Below are positions 8,992-17,881 of a stretch of 64,000 bases of DNA, one piece after another. The stretch's first letter is position 1; every line of letters starts with the position of its first letter. Made by a program: the position numbers and the translations under genes. The notes under the pieces are model-generated. The model was not told where the DNA came from. It did no database searches and saw nothing but the letters and a program-made list of their open reading frames with translations. The stretch lies in contig CALHGX010000017.1 in NCBI GenBank assembly GCA_938031185.1, positions 7,662 through 71,661 of the forward strand, written 5' to 3'. Origin of the DNA: an uncultured bacterium (GTDB lineage: Bacteria > Verrucomicrobiota > Kiritimatiellia > CAIKKV01 > CALHGX01).

Positions 8992-9070
8992 CGCGCTTCG
9001 AAACGGCGTCCGATCTGCACTTCTTGCGCGCTTCACCATCATGCCATTCTTCCAACCTTCCATCATTTCC
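8921..9070. repeat. palindromic module of 8-nt GGAAnnnT units (copy 2)
   Basis: GGCATAAT GGAATGGT GGAATACT GGGCAATG (8921-8952), a spacer of about 85 nt, then ATCATGCC ATTCTTCC AACCTTCC ATCATTTCC (9038-9070). Same phasing and architecture as copy 1. Confidence 0.7.
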
Positions 9071-9084
9071 GCTTCTCCGCCCGC

Positions 9085-10476
9085 TTATCTCACGATGGCC
9101 CCAAACACGATCCCCGTGACGGTCGCCATGACCACTACGAGCCCGACAAAGGTCAGCGTCTTCTTGGGGCCGAGAATCGAATTGATCACCAGCATATTTG
9201 GCAGTGAAAGAGCGGGACCGGCCAGCAGGAGGGCCAACGCGGGGCCCTGTCCCATGCCGCTGTCCAATAGACCCCGCAGAATCGGCACCTCCGTCAGCGT
9301 CGCAAAATACATCAGCGCGCCGGCAAGCGAGGCGAAGAAGTTGGTCCATACCGGCCAGATCAAGGCCAGCCAAGCCGGCACCTGACTCCCGTCGCCGGAG
9401 AGCAGAGAGAGAAGGGCGGAGGGAGAATCGCCCACCAGCGCCTGAATCCAGATATTCGGCACGATGCCGGCGTCTTTGCCCTCCGGACTGCCCAGGAAGA
9501 ACCCGGCCGCCAGCACGCCACCGAACAATAGCGGGAGGATTTGCTTCGCAAAACCCCAGGTCTGATCGCGCCAGTCCTTCAGTTCCGCCCCGCCGAAGAA
9601 CGTCAGACCGGCTAACCCGGCCGACCCGGCTGCGAAGGAGGCCACCGGATACCCCGGAAACGCGATGGCCAGGACCACCGCCGGACCCGCCGCCAAGAAA
9701 ATCCAGGCCAGCCGCACCTTGAAGAATCGCCACAGGCAAGCCCCCATGAGCACCGCGAAGAGCGCCGTGACGACCCATTTGGCATGGTAGATCGCATACC
9801 AGACGCCCTGCTGTTCCATCGGCTTGCCCCAGTTGGCAAACACCAGGATGCCAACCATCGAGAAGAAGTAGAGAGCCACCTGCCACAGCGGACGTTCGCC
9901 CTTTTCGTCATCGCCGACATACACTTCTTGTGGCTTCGCCGCCTTCGCCCTTTCCTCCTTGAGGAAGATCAGGTGCATCAGCAGCCCGATGACCACGCTG
10001 AATGCCACCGCGCCGACGGCCCGCGCCACGCCCAATTGCCAGCCCAGCACCCGCGCCGTTAACACGATTGCCAGTACGTTGATCGCCGGGCCGGAGTAAA
10101 GAAACGCGATGGCCGGCCCCAAGCCCGCGCCGCGCATGTAGATGCCCCCGAAAAGGGGCAGAACGGTGCAGGAACAAACCGCCAGGATGGTGCCCGAGAC
10201 GGATGCTACCGAGTAGGAGAGCCATTTCGACGCCTTCGGCCCGAAGTACTTCATCACCGCGTTCTGACTGACGAACACGCCGATGGCTCCGGCGATGAAA
10301 AAAGCGGGAATCAGACAGAGCAGCACATGCTCCCGCGCATACCACTTGGCCAGTTTGAAAGCCTCAATCAAGGCGCCTTGGAAACGCGGCGCTTCAGCCG
10401 GCAGGTAATACAGGACTGCAAACAATCCAATCAGCCAACCCAATATCTTGAGTTCTTTCCGATTCTCTTCGTTCAC
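9085..10476 (-). CDS. full-length DUF318-type permease (YraQ/ArsP-like)
   Basis: 463 aa, polytopic. Contains the ILAVCSCTVLPLFGG motif and an internally duplicated architecture. Sits immediately downstream of an ArsR-family gene. Confidence 0.75.
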   Translation of the reverse strand: MNEENRKELKILGWLIGLFAVLYYLPAEAPRFQGALIEAFKLAKWYAREHVLLCLIPAFFIAGAIGVFVSQNAVMKYFGPKASKWLSYSVASVSGTILAVCSCTVLPLFGGIYMRGAGLGPAIAFLYSGPAINVLAIVLTARVLGWQLGVARAVGAVAFSVVIGLLMHLIFLKEERAKAAKPQEVYVGDDEKGERPLWQVALYFFSMVGILVFANWGKPMEQQGVWYAIYHAKWVVTALFAVLMGACLWRFFKVRLAWIFLAAGPAVVLAIAFPGYPVASFAAGSAGLAGLTFFGGAELKDWRDQTWGFAKQILPLLFGGVLAAGFFLGSPEGKDAGIVPNIWIQALVGDSPSALLSLLSGDGSQVPAWLALIWPVWTNFFASLAGALMYFATLTEVPILRGLLDSGMGQGPALALLLAGPALSLPNMLVINSILGPKKTLTFVGLVVVMATVTGIVFGAIVR

Positions 10477-10586
10477 GGATTAGACCCTTTCGATGTGGTC
10501 ACAGGATCCGGGGATATCTCGCAAAGCGCCAAGTTCTCCCGGGAAGACCATTCTTTGCGTCCTTTGCGTCTTAGCGAGAGAATCCC

Positions 10587-10898
10587 CTACTTCGCCAGTT
10601 TGGCATGCCGTTTGGCCTCGGCCCGGATTACGCCCATCGTGCATTCAAACACATTGAGGATGCAGGGCGTTTCCAGCTTCAGAAAACAACGCGCTCCTTT
10701 CCGTCGCTCGCTTACGATCCCGACATTCTTGAGGGCCGTCACGTGCCGCGAGAGCGTGGACTTATTCATCGGAAACATCGGCTGCAGTTCACACATGCAC
10801 CGCTCGCCCCGACTCAACTCGTCCACGATCATCAGCCTCACCGGACTCGACAGCGCCTTCATCACCCGTGCCCGCGCCTGGAACTCTTCCGTGTTCAT
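10587..10898 (-). CDS. ArsR/SmtB-family metal(loid)-sensing transcriptional repressor
   Basis: 103 aa. MKALSSPVRLMIVDELSRGERCMCELQPMF...KSTLSRHVTALKNVGIV is a winged HTH with a CxC sensing pair. Confidence 0.85.
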   Translation of the reverse strand: MNTEEFQARARVMKALSSPVRLMIVDELSRGERCMCELQPMFPMNKSTLSRHVTALKNVGIVSERRKGARCFLKLETPCILNVFECTMGVIRAEAKRHAKLAK

Positions 10899-10905
10899 GG
10901 CGGCT

Positions 10906-10939
10906 ACTATAGCGCATTGTTGCGCAACTCTGCAACAAT
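10906..10939 (-). promoter_or_regulatory. candidate ArsR operator overlapping a sigma70-like promoter
   Basis: Perfect inverted repeat ATTGTTGC-N8-GCAACAAT at 10916-10939. On the minus strand, TTGCAG (10935-10930), 18 nt, then TATAGT (10911-10906). The -10 box ends about 7 nt before the arsR-like ATG (10898). Confidence 0.4.
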
Positions 10940-11187
10940 ATATTTTCGCGTGGCGCGCGAGATAGGAAGCGCAAGCTCAGCATCGCGGCCGGCATCATTC
11001 ATTCGCCGCCCACAAATCGGGTACAAATCTCGATGTGTAACGACGGGCTCACCGAGGGCGTCACAGGATGCCGATGAACGACAAAGAGCGACGCGCTCAT
11101 CGCTCACGACTATTTTCCGCTATGCAAATAAAGGAGTTCGGCAATCCCGCGCAAAAGATCATGGCCGTCGAAGCGGTTCTGAAAAGG

Positions 11188-11263
<76 letters not shown>

Positions 11264-11458
11264 TTCTCGGCCCGGCGCCCCCCCGAATCGTGCCGCATGA
11301 TAGGGATTCGGGTGGCCATGTCAATCTTGGATGCTTTGGCCGCCTTTGGCACGGCGAAGAAGAGAAAAAGGCTTGAGCATACGGGTTTCCTGCGGCACGA
11401 TTTTCAAAAGGTGCTCGCTTACAGCCGGAAGTGAAACGTCTCACGCTGGGGACAAGGC

Positions 11459-12919
11459 ATGGCCGTCATCGTTCGAGAACGCAGGTTCCGTCTCGGGTTG
11501 GCTTTGTTCCTGAGCGACGTGCTGGCGGTGGTGACGTCGTACCTTGCGACACTTTATCTCCGCTTCGATAGCGAGTGGGGGGATGCATTCTTTACCCGCT
11601 TGAACCGTTGGCTGGGCGTGCGCGAAACCGGCGTCTTGGACGACAGCTTCCGCGAGTTCTACATCGGCAGCGGCCCCCGGATCGTCTTCTTCATGATCGT
11701 TGCCCTCACGTTTCTCTATGGTTACTGCGACCTCTATGCCGGCGCCCGCCATCTTCGGCGGCGTGTGACGGCGGCCAACGTCCTGCGGGCAAATCTAGTG
11801 GCGCTGCTGATCTTCTACGGCTACTTCTACCTGACGCGTAATCAGTTCCACCCGCGCAGCATGTTTGCGACGGCACTCCTTATCAACACCGTCTTGTGCA
11901 TCCTGTTCCGCGGGTGGACGGAAAAACTGTTGCGGCGCTTCCGGCTGGATGATCATCCCGCCGTTCTGGCGGGAACTGATCGAGAAGCGCCTTATTTGCT
12001 GCGTTGGATTAGCGCCCATCGACCGCACGGGTTGCACGTGGCCGAACAGATCGCATGGAACGCCGGACAACCGATCGAACGGTTGTTGGAGGATCTGAGA
12101 AACGCCGTAAAGCGGCAAAACGCCCGGATGATTATTCTGGCCGAAAAAGGCATGACGCTGGCGCAAATCACCCGCGTATTGGAGCTGGCGGAGACGCTGG
12201 ACGTGGAGGTTAAGGTGTTGACCGATCGGATGAACGTGTTGCTGACGGAAGCCCGGCTACCAGTGGACACCGTCATGGAAACACCGCTCATTCATTTTTC
12301 CCGCCCTTCCCCTCCCGTGTATTTTGCCGCCAAAAGAGCCTTGTCCCTTGTGGGCGCGGTCTTCGCTCTCCTGGTGCTTTCTCCTCTGATGCTCGTCATT
12401 GCCCTGCTCATCCGCCTGACAAGCTCTGGGCCGGTCTTCTTCATACAGGATCGTATCGGCATCAACCGGCGTCCGTTTCGCCTGATCAAATTCCGCACGA
12501 TGCGCGACCGCGCTGAAGAAATGCAAGCGGAGATGGAGAAATTCAACGAGGCCGGAGACGCCCTTTTCAAAATGCGCAACGACCCGCGCGTCACGCCGCT
12601 CGGCCGGTTCCTGCGCCGGTTTAGTCTGGATGAACTGCCACAGCTTTTCAATGTGCTGCGCGGCGACATGACCCTTGTCGGGCCGCGGCCGCTGCCGCGT
12701 CGGGACTTCGAGAACTACTACGAGGACTGGCACTATGACCGGCACGGCGGATTGCCGGGGCTGACATGTCTCTGGCAGATTTCCGGCCGCAGCGAGTTGA
12801 GTTTTCAGAACATGTGTATTCTGGACATCTATTACTTGCGCAACCAGAGCCTGATGATGGATTTCAAAATACTTCTTCGGACATTGAATTCGGTGCTTTT
12901 CGGCAGAGGGGCCTCGTGA
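11459..12919 (+). CDS. polyprenyl-phosphate glycosyl-1-phosphate transferase (bacterial sugar transferase, WbaP/EpsB-like priming enzyme)
   Basis: N-terminal TM bundle. C-terminal sequence PVFFIQDRIGINRRPFRLIKFRTM...DELPQLFNVLRGDMTLVGPRP... Confidence 0.9.
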   Translation: MAVIVRERRFRLGLALFLSDVLAVVTSYLATLYLRFDSEWGDAFFTRLNRWLGVRETGVLDDSFREFYIGSGPRIVFFMIVALTFLYGYCDLYAGARHLRRRVTAANVLRANLVALLIFYGYFYLTRNQFHPRSMFATALLINTVLCILFRGWTEKLLRRFRLDDHPAVLAGTDREAPYLLRWISAHRPHGLHVAEQIAWNAGQPIERLLEDLRNAVKRQNARMIILAEKGMTLAQITRVLELAETLDVEVKVLTDRMNVLLTEARLPVDTVMETPLIHFSRPSPPVYFAAKRALSLVGAVFALLVLSPLMLVIALLIRLTSSGPVFFIQDRIGINRRPFRLIKFRTMRDRAEEMQAEMEKFNEAGDALFKMRNDPRVTPLGRFLRRFSLDELPQLFNVLRGDMTLVGPRPLPRRDFENYYEDWHYDRHGGLPGLTCLWQISGRSELSFQNMCILDIYYLRNQSLMMDFKILLRTLNSVLFGRGAS

Positions 12920-12930
12920 GCCGCTGGGCT

Positions 12931-13665
12931 TCACAGCCGGACCAGCGCTGCGCGCAACTCCACCAGGAACGCTTTCAACTGCTCCTCCGCGCCAGGGCCA
13001 TCGTCGGTCAACACCGCCACGTATGCCCACGGGTTTGCCTGCCGATGAAACAGCCGATCCGTGGCGGTCCAGAGCAACCGCATGCCGTTCGATGGCGTTT
13101 CCCGTCCGAGCCCCACATACCAGTATGCAAACAACAGGGGACGCCGAACCTCGCGTCGCGCCGCCGTTCCATCCCGCACTTCCAGCAAATTGAACTCAAG
13201 GGGGCGAGCCCCCTCGGGGAGAGAAAGGCGACGACTGCGGGCGATCACGTAGCCTTGTGCCGGCAAACATTGCTGGGGCCGATGAATACTGCGTTGGTCC
13301 GCTCCGGTTAAAACAACGGAGACGTAAAACAATCGGCCGCCCCCATCGGTATAACGGCGTTTGAAAATACGCGTATCCGGCGGAAGGGACATGCGCTCGG
13401 CCGGAGACACCTCATCCAGCGCCGCTCCACAGGAAAGACAATTTGTTGGCGGATGGTCCGAGTCGCTGTACGTTCGCAGGCACTGCAGATTTTGGCAATA
13501 TAGAATCCGCTCGCCTCGAAACCGCCCGATACGGGCGGGCATGTCCGTGCGCACGCCCGGTTCGCCCGCAGCCGGCACCTCCGGCAAAGTCACAACCAAA
13601 ACCGCCGCAAGACCGAGAATCACCACCGCTATCAGGAGGGGCCGGCTATGACAGAAGGGCGCCAT
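12931..13665 (-). CDS. exosortase-associated EpsI-family protein with a Cys4 insert
   Basis: N-terminal TM anchor and HRPQQCLPAQGY (compare EpsI HRPExCLPGxG). Extra CQNLQC...CLSC. Overlaps the exosortase 3' end by 34 nt. Confidence 0.7.
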   Translation of the reverse strand: MAPFCHSRPLLIAVVILGLAAVLVVTLPEVPAAGEPGVRTDMPARIGRFRGERILYCQNLQCLRTYSDSDHPPTNCLSCGAALDEVSPAERMSLPPDTRIFKRRYTDGGGRLFYVSVVLTGADQRSIHRPQQCLPAQGYVIARSRRLSLPEGARPLEFNLLEVRDGTAARREVRRPLLFAYWYVGLGRETPSNGMRLLWTATDRLFHRQANPWAYVAVLTDDGPGAEEQLKAFLVELRAALVRL

Positions 13666-14591
13666 GGCACAATCCTTGTCTTTTGAACAACATTCAGCAA
13701 ACGACCTGTGCCCATCAAGAACAAGAAGGACACCGTAAAAAAGACGTATCCCGAATAATCATGATAATAACGCACCGCCAGTTCCTGCCCCCAGAAACGC
13801 GCCACGATGGCAATGGTAAGAATTCGCACCGCGTTGCCGGCCATGGCGATGGGAACACAGGACACAAAAAGCGCCCATTGCCGCCAAGCCTTGGTTTCCG
13901 TCAAATAAGCGTACAGTGCGGCCAAGGCCGCCAGCGCCAGCAGCGAATGAAGTCCGCTGCAAGGATCCGCCACTTCCAGGTTGAATCCTTTGCCCGCGTT
14001 CGAGTAAATGGCTGTCCCTGCGCGGGCCGCGGGAATGCCAAGACCGTTCAGCACGGCCGCGGCAACGGCGCTTACCACCAAACGCAGAGGGAACGTGAGC
14101 GCATCAAGAAAACCAAATGGAAGGGCGAAAAACAAATACGCGACAGGAAAGGCAAGACGCCGACCCATGGGCCACCCATAGCGGTACAGCGGAATGCCCC
14201 AGAGCAGCAAGATCCAGGAAACCAACGTAACGCGGGTTTGCTGCGCCATAATGCCGAGGAAATAAAGCCCCATAGCCGCGCCAATTATTGCCAATCCCCA
14301 CGCGCTGGGGCGGGCTTCGGCGAAAGGAAGCTCACGTCGAAACCACAGTCGGACGACAAGACCGGCACTGACGACGATAATCAGCCAGCCATGAGACACG
14401 TTGCCGCCGACACCCCATCGGCTGGTCAACCATTTCCACGCCGAACGGCCATGCGCATGGACTTCCTCGGCATTGCCGTTCCAGAGGTACAGCCACGCTA
14501 ACAGCCCAACGATCGCCGCCCAAAGGGCCGCTTCGCGCGCAATAGCCTTGGTGTTGCCGGGCGCTCTCGTAAGATTGTTTCCGACTCCCAT
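13632..14591 (-). CDS. exosortase (PEP-CTERM-type sorting transpeptidase family)
   Basis: Polytopic. Catalytic-type motifs VADPCSGLHSL, GNAVRILT and YYHDYSGYVFF. I chose the start MGVGNNLTRAPG to avoid overlap with the upstream gene. Confidence 0.85.
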   Translation of the reverse strand: MGVGNNLTRAPGNTKAIAREAALWAAIVGLLAWLYLWNGNAEEVHAHGRSAWKWLTSRWGVGGNVSHGWLIIVVSAGLVVRLWFRRELPFAEARPSAWGLAIIGAAMGLYFLGIMAQQTRVTLVSWILLLWGIPLYRYGWPMGRRLAFPVAYLFFALPFGFLDALTFPLRLVVSAVAAAVLNGLGIPAARAGTAIYSNAGKGFNLEVADPCSGLHSLLALAALAALYAYLTETKAWRQWALFVSCVPIAMAGNAVRILTIAIVARFWGQELAVRYYHDYSGYVFFTVSFLFLMGTGRLLNVVQKTRIVPWRPSVIAGPS

Positions 14592-14601
14592 CTCGCAAAT
14601 A

Positions 14602-15858
14602 TTACAGCCAAAACAATTTTTCAGGCGAGCGCATTTGCGCAGAGCGACGAACAAGCCCCTCCGCCGTACGAGCCGACACCATCAGCAGGAGGCAATCCAG
14701 CGGCACGCGAAACCGCAAGCGCGTGAAGGCCAAGCCGCTTACCAGGGCGAAACCGAAGTAGAGAAAAAGAAAAGCGACTTCCCACGGCTCAAACGGATCC
14801 TTCCGACGCAACATGCGAAACGCCAGCAACCCCAGATGAGGATAGTAGGTAGCCAGCAGCAAAAGGTCTCTCCATCGTGCTTGTTCCGCTTGGGTCACCA
14901 GCCTGTTTCGAAAATGAAAATGATGCAGGACTTTTCCCGTGTACAGTTTGAGCGCCTTCACGGGATGTCGCCGTATCCAGTTTAGCGCGGCTTGGCGGTA
15001 GAAGGCGTCCCGTTCCGGTTCGTTGAGCCCATACAGGTCTGCCGCGCGTGCATACGCGGAAATGTCCGTTGCCGCACCTGAAAACGGCGTGGCATGCTCC
15101 GAGTTGCCGAGCAGCAAATTGAAGCCCCCAAGCGTCGCGATGGGGATGAATGCGCCGAACACACGCGCATTGCGAACAGCCCAAGGCGTCACGATCGCTA
15201 CGAAGACAATACACAGTATCGCCAAGCGCTTCCAAGCCGTCCGCGCGGGAAAGGCAAGAAACAAAGCGACCCCCGCCACAGGCAGCATGAAGGCAAAAAC
15301 CGGCGCGGTCAATACCAAGGCAGCCAAAGCCGCGCTCCCGCCTATCGTCTTCCATGCGCCACCGCCATTGAAATACAGGGTGGCGGCGCTCACGGTCAGC
15401 AGCAAGCCAGCCATCGTCTGAGGATACAGGGTGGCTGCGGTGTACAGAAACATCGGATACAACAGCATGAACAACGCCGCAAAACAACTGGCGCGCGCTC
15501 GGCCGGTCTTCAAGAAAAACACTCGGATTGCGACCGCCGTCAATCCCAGCCACAGGACATTAAGGAGCTTGGCCGCGGCAACGTCGCCGCCCATCCACCG
15601 CACGGCCGCCAGCACAAAGGGATAAACGGGCGGCCGCTGCGCGGTTGGATGAACGCCGTCCAGGCTGTATCGCCTCTGTTCCACAAGATTTCGCGCAATC
15701 GTCCAATAGTCCCGTTCATCCGGGTAACGCAGCCCCGCGCCTCGCTCCCAGACAACCAAACCGGCCGAAAGGAGGAGCAGCGCCACGGCGATGCCCCAAC
15801 AAACCCGTTCGTGTCGCTCCGCCCAACCGATCGCTTTCAGAAATGTATCCGTCCTCAT
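14602..15858 (-). CDS. GT-C fold glycosyltransferase, GT39/ArnT-PMT-like
   Basis: 418 aa, about 10 TM segments. The first loop carries RYPDERDYW (DE motif). Layout is ArnT/PMT-like. Confidence 0.6.
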   Translation of the reverse strand: MRTDTFLKAIGWAERHERVCWGIAVALLLLSAGLVVWERGAGLRYPDERDYWTIARNLVEQRRYSLDGVHPTAQRPPVYPFVLAAVRWMGGDVAAAKLLNVLWLGLTAVAIRVFFLKTGRARASCFAALFMLLYPMFLYTAATLYPQTMAGLLLTVSAATLYFNGGGAWKTIGGSAALAALVLTAPVFAFMLPVAGVALFLAFPARTAWKRLAILCIVFVAIVTPWAVRNARVFGAFIPIATLGGFNLLLGNSEHATPFSGAATDISAYARAADLYGLNEPERDAFYRQAALNWIRRHPVKALKLYTGKVLHHFHFRNRLVTQAEQARWRDLLLLATYYPHLGLLAFRMLRRKDPFEPWEVAFLFLYFGFALVSGLAFTRLRFRVPLDCLLLMVSARTAEGLVRRSAQMRSPEKLFWL

Positions 15859-15878
15859 GCGATGGCCCTGCCCAGCGC

Positions 15879-16685
15879 TTAACCCGGCCGGCGGAGGGTT
15901 CGGGGCGGCCGCCCCTCGCTGACATCAAGCCCACGCCATCCGCATTGCCGGGCGGCCCATAGAACCAGGAACAATGGGTTGAGAAAGAGATAGCGCCGCC
16001 ATAGTCGTCTTGGCTCGCGATGAAGCCGAAACAGCCATTCCAATCCCGCCTGCTGCATCCACGCCGGTGCTTGTGCCTTGACCCCCGCCAGGAAATCGAA
16101 CGCAGCCCCCACCGCCACCAGCGGCATGGACAATCGGTTCCGATGTTCATACACCCAGATCTCCTGGAGCGGACAACCCAATCCGACCAACACAATGGCT
16201 GCTCCGCTTTCCATTATGGTTCGCGTGAAAGCGGCATCTTCCGCTTCGGACAGTGCGCGGAATTGGGATGGCCACGTTCCCGCGACACACAAGCCCGGAA
16301 AGCGCCGGCTCATGGTTTGGGCGAGCCGTTGCAGGGTCGCCGGCGTTGCCCCGAAAAAGCCGACCGGCAGCTCGGCAGCGGCTGCGGCCTCCAGAAGGCG
16401 CAGCATCAGCGCCGGGCCGTACACTCTTTCCTTGAGGCCGGTCTGATGCAGTGAATTGAGCACCCATCGAACCGGTTGTCCGTCGGGCAGGACAAGATCG
16501 AGATGATTGAGCCGGTAGCGTTGCTCCGCATCGAGAACCCCCGTCATCAAACCATGAACCGCAAGGGCGGACACAGCGAGCGGCTCACGTTGCCGGGCGG
16601 CCTCGATGATTCGCCGCGTGGCCCCCTCATAATCCGTGGCACACACCCGAATCCCCAGTACCAGATGGGAGACCAGTTCCTTCAT
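15879..16685 (-). CDS. WecB/TagA/CpsF-family glycosyltransferase (GT26)
   Basis: MKELVSHLVLGIRVCATDYEGA...LVLPDGQPVRW...GCPLQEIW...GAAFDFLAGVKAQAPAWMQQAGLEWLFRL. ATGA overlap with the upstream GT9 gene at 16682-16685. Confidence 0.85.
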   Translation of the reverse strand: MKELVSHLVLGIRVCATDYEGATRRIIEAARQREPLAVSALAVHGLMTGVLDAEQRYRLNHLDLVLPDGQPVRWVLNSLHQTGLKERVYGPALMLRLLEAAAAAELPVGFFGATPATLQRLAQTMSRRFPGLCVAGTWPSQFRALSEAEDAAFTRTIMESGAAIVLVGLGCPLQEIWVYEHRNRLSMPLVAVGAAFDFLAGVKAQAPAWMQQAGLEWLFRLHREPRRLWRRYLFLNPLFLVLWAARQCGWRGLDVSEGRPPRTLRRPG

Positions 16686-17881
16686 GGCATCGCGTCCCGC
16701 AGATCCACGGCCTCGGATCGGAAAGCCAGCACATCCATCAGCGCGGCATGCACTTCGTCCACGCCTATGGCCTCCATGCAACGCGTCTCGCAGCGCGTTC
16801 GCCGGCCCACCTGCCAGCAGGGCGCACAGGGAAATCGCGGCTGGTGATGCACAACGCGGCTGGCGGGACCGGATGGAGCCCACAACGGCAGGACGCTTGA
16901 TCCCTCCAGCACCACCAGAGGAATGCCCAGCGCATCGGCCAGATGCATCGGCCCGGTGTTCACGGAAACCACCGCCCTGCAGTCCGTCATCTTTTCGGCC
17001 CAGGCAGGAACTGATGGGCACGGGGTTACCCTGACGGCGCCTCCCAAGGCTGCTTCCGCCGCCGCCGTCTGGCCAGGCCCGCACAAGCCAACGACCTCAA
17101 AGCCGGCTTGAACGAGGCGTTCCCGCAGGGCCACCCAGCGTTCCGGCCGCCATTGTTTTGGCGCCCACGGCGAGAGCGGCACGAAGCCGATGCGGGCAGA
17201 ACCACCGGGCTCTCGCGCCGGCCGCAGGTGTTCCAGACGCGGGGCCTCGCATGAGGCGGGCGGCGTTTCCCCCAGGGCAACGAGCAGTTGAAGATTCTGC
17301 TCCCATCGTCGAGCCCGCGTTCGCAAAGGAACTCTACGGGACGCCCACGGCGGCACAGCCAACCGCGTCCCCAGATATCGCGGCGGGCTGGCTACCTCGG
17401 CGCATCCGGCCCAGTGCAGCAACAACAAACTGCGCACATCGCCGCGCGGTTCGAGGCCAATGACGCCATCCGCTTCGTCCCTCAACCGCCGGATGAACTC
17501 GCGGTGTGCCGGCCGGCGATAAGCGGACCAAGCGTATTTGTCTGCACGCGTGTAGCGGGCCCATGGCGCGTCACAAGCAATCCAAGTATGGACCCACGGC
17601 GCAAGAATGGGTTGCCACTCCGGACGAGCCGCAAAGCGAACCTCGTAACCCTTTTCCCGCAGAATGCGAACCAGCGGCTGCAGCGAGATGATGTCGCCCA
17701 TGCCAAACGGCTCGAAAAGCAGGACCACTCGTCCAAACCGGGCGTCTTTGCGCTTCCTTGTTCGCCAACGCGCGGCGGGAATCAGCAAGGCCAAAGTCCA
17801 GGCTGACAGCAGACGCGCCACACCGGGGCGGGGAAGGCGGGGCGCGGCCACAACGTCAGATGGAAGCGGCTTGTCGGTCAT
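16682..17881 (-). CDS. glycosyltransferase family 9 (heptosyltransferase-like)
   Basis: RVVLLFEPFGMGDIISLQPLVRIL...VSVNTGPMHLADALGIPLVVL matches the GT9 pattern. Confidence 0.8.
   Translation of the reverse strand: MTDKPLPSDVVAAPRLPRPGVARLLSAWTLALLIPAARWRTRKRKDARFGRVVLLFEPFGMGDIISLQPLVRILREKGYEVRFAARPEWQPILAPWVHTWIACDAPWARYTRADKYAWSAYRRPAHREFIRRLRDEADGVIGLEPRGDVRSLLLLHWAGCAEVASPPRYLGTRLAVPPWASRRVPLRTRARRWEQNLQLLVALGETPPASCEAPRLEHLRPAREPGGSARIGFVPLSPWAPKQWRPERWVALRERLVQAGFEVVGLCGPGQTAAAEAALGGAVRVTPCPSVPAWAEKMTDCRAVVSVNTGPMHLADALGIPLVVLEGSSVLPLWAPSGPASRVVHHQPRFPCAPCWQVGRRTRCETRCMEAIGVDEVHAALMDVLAFRSEAVDLRDAMP

Noticed and set aside
10553-10570. Tandem 9-mer CTTTGCGTC x2 in the gap between the ArsR-like gene and the permease
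   Set aside because: Only two copies and 18 nt in total. It could be a binding site, but it is too short to separate from chance without comparative data.
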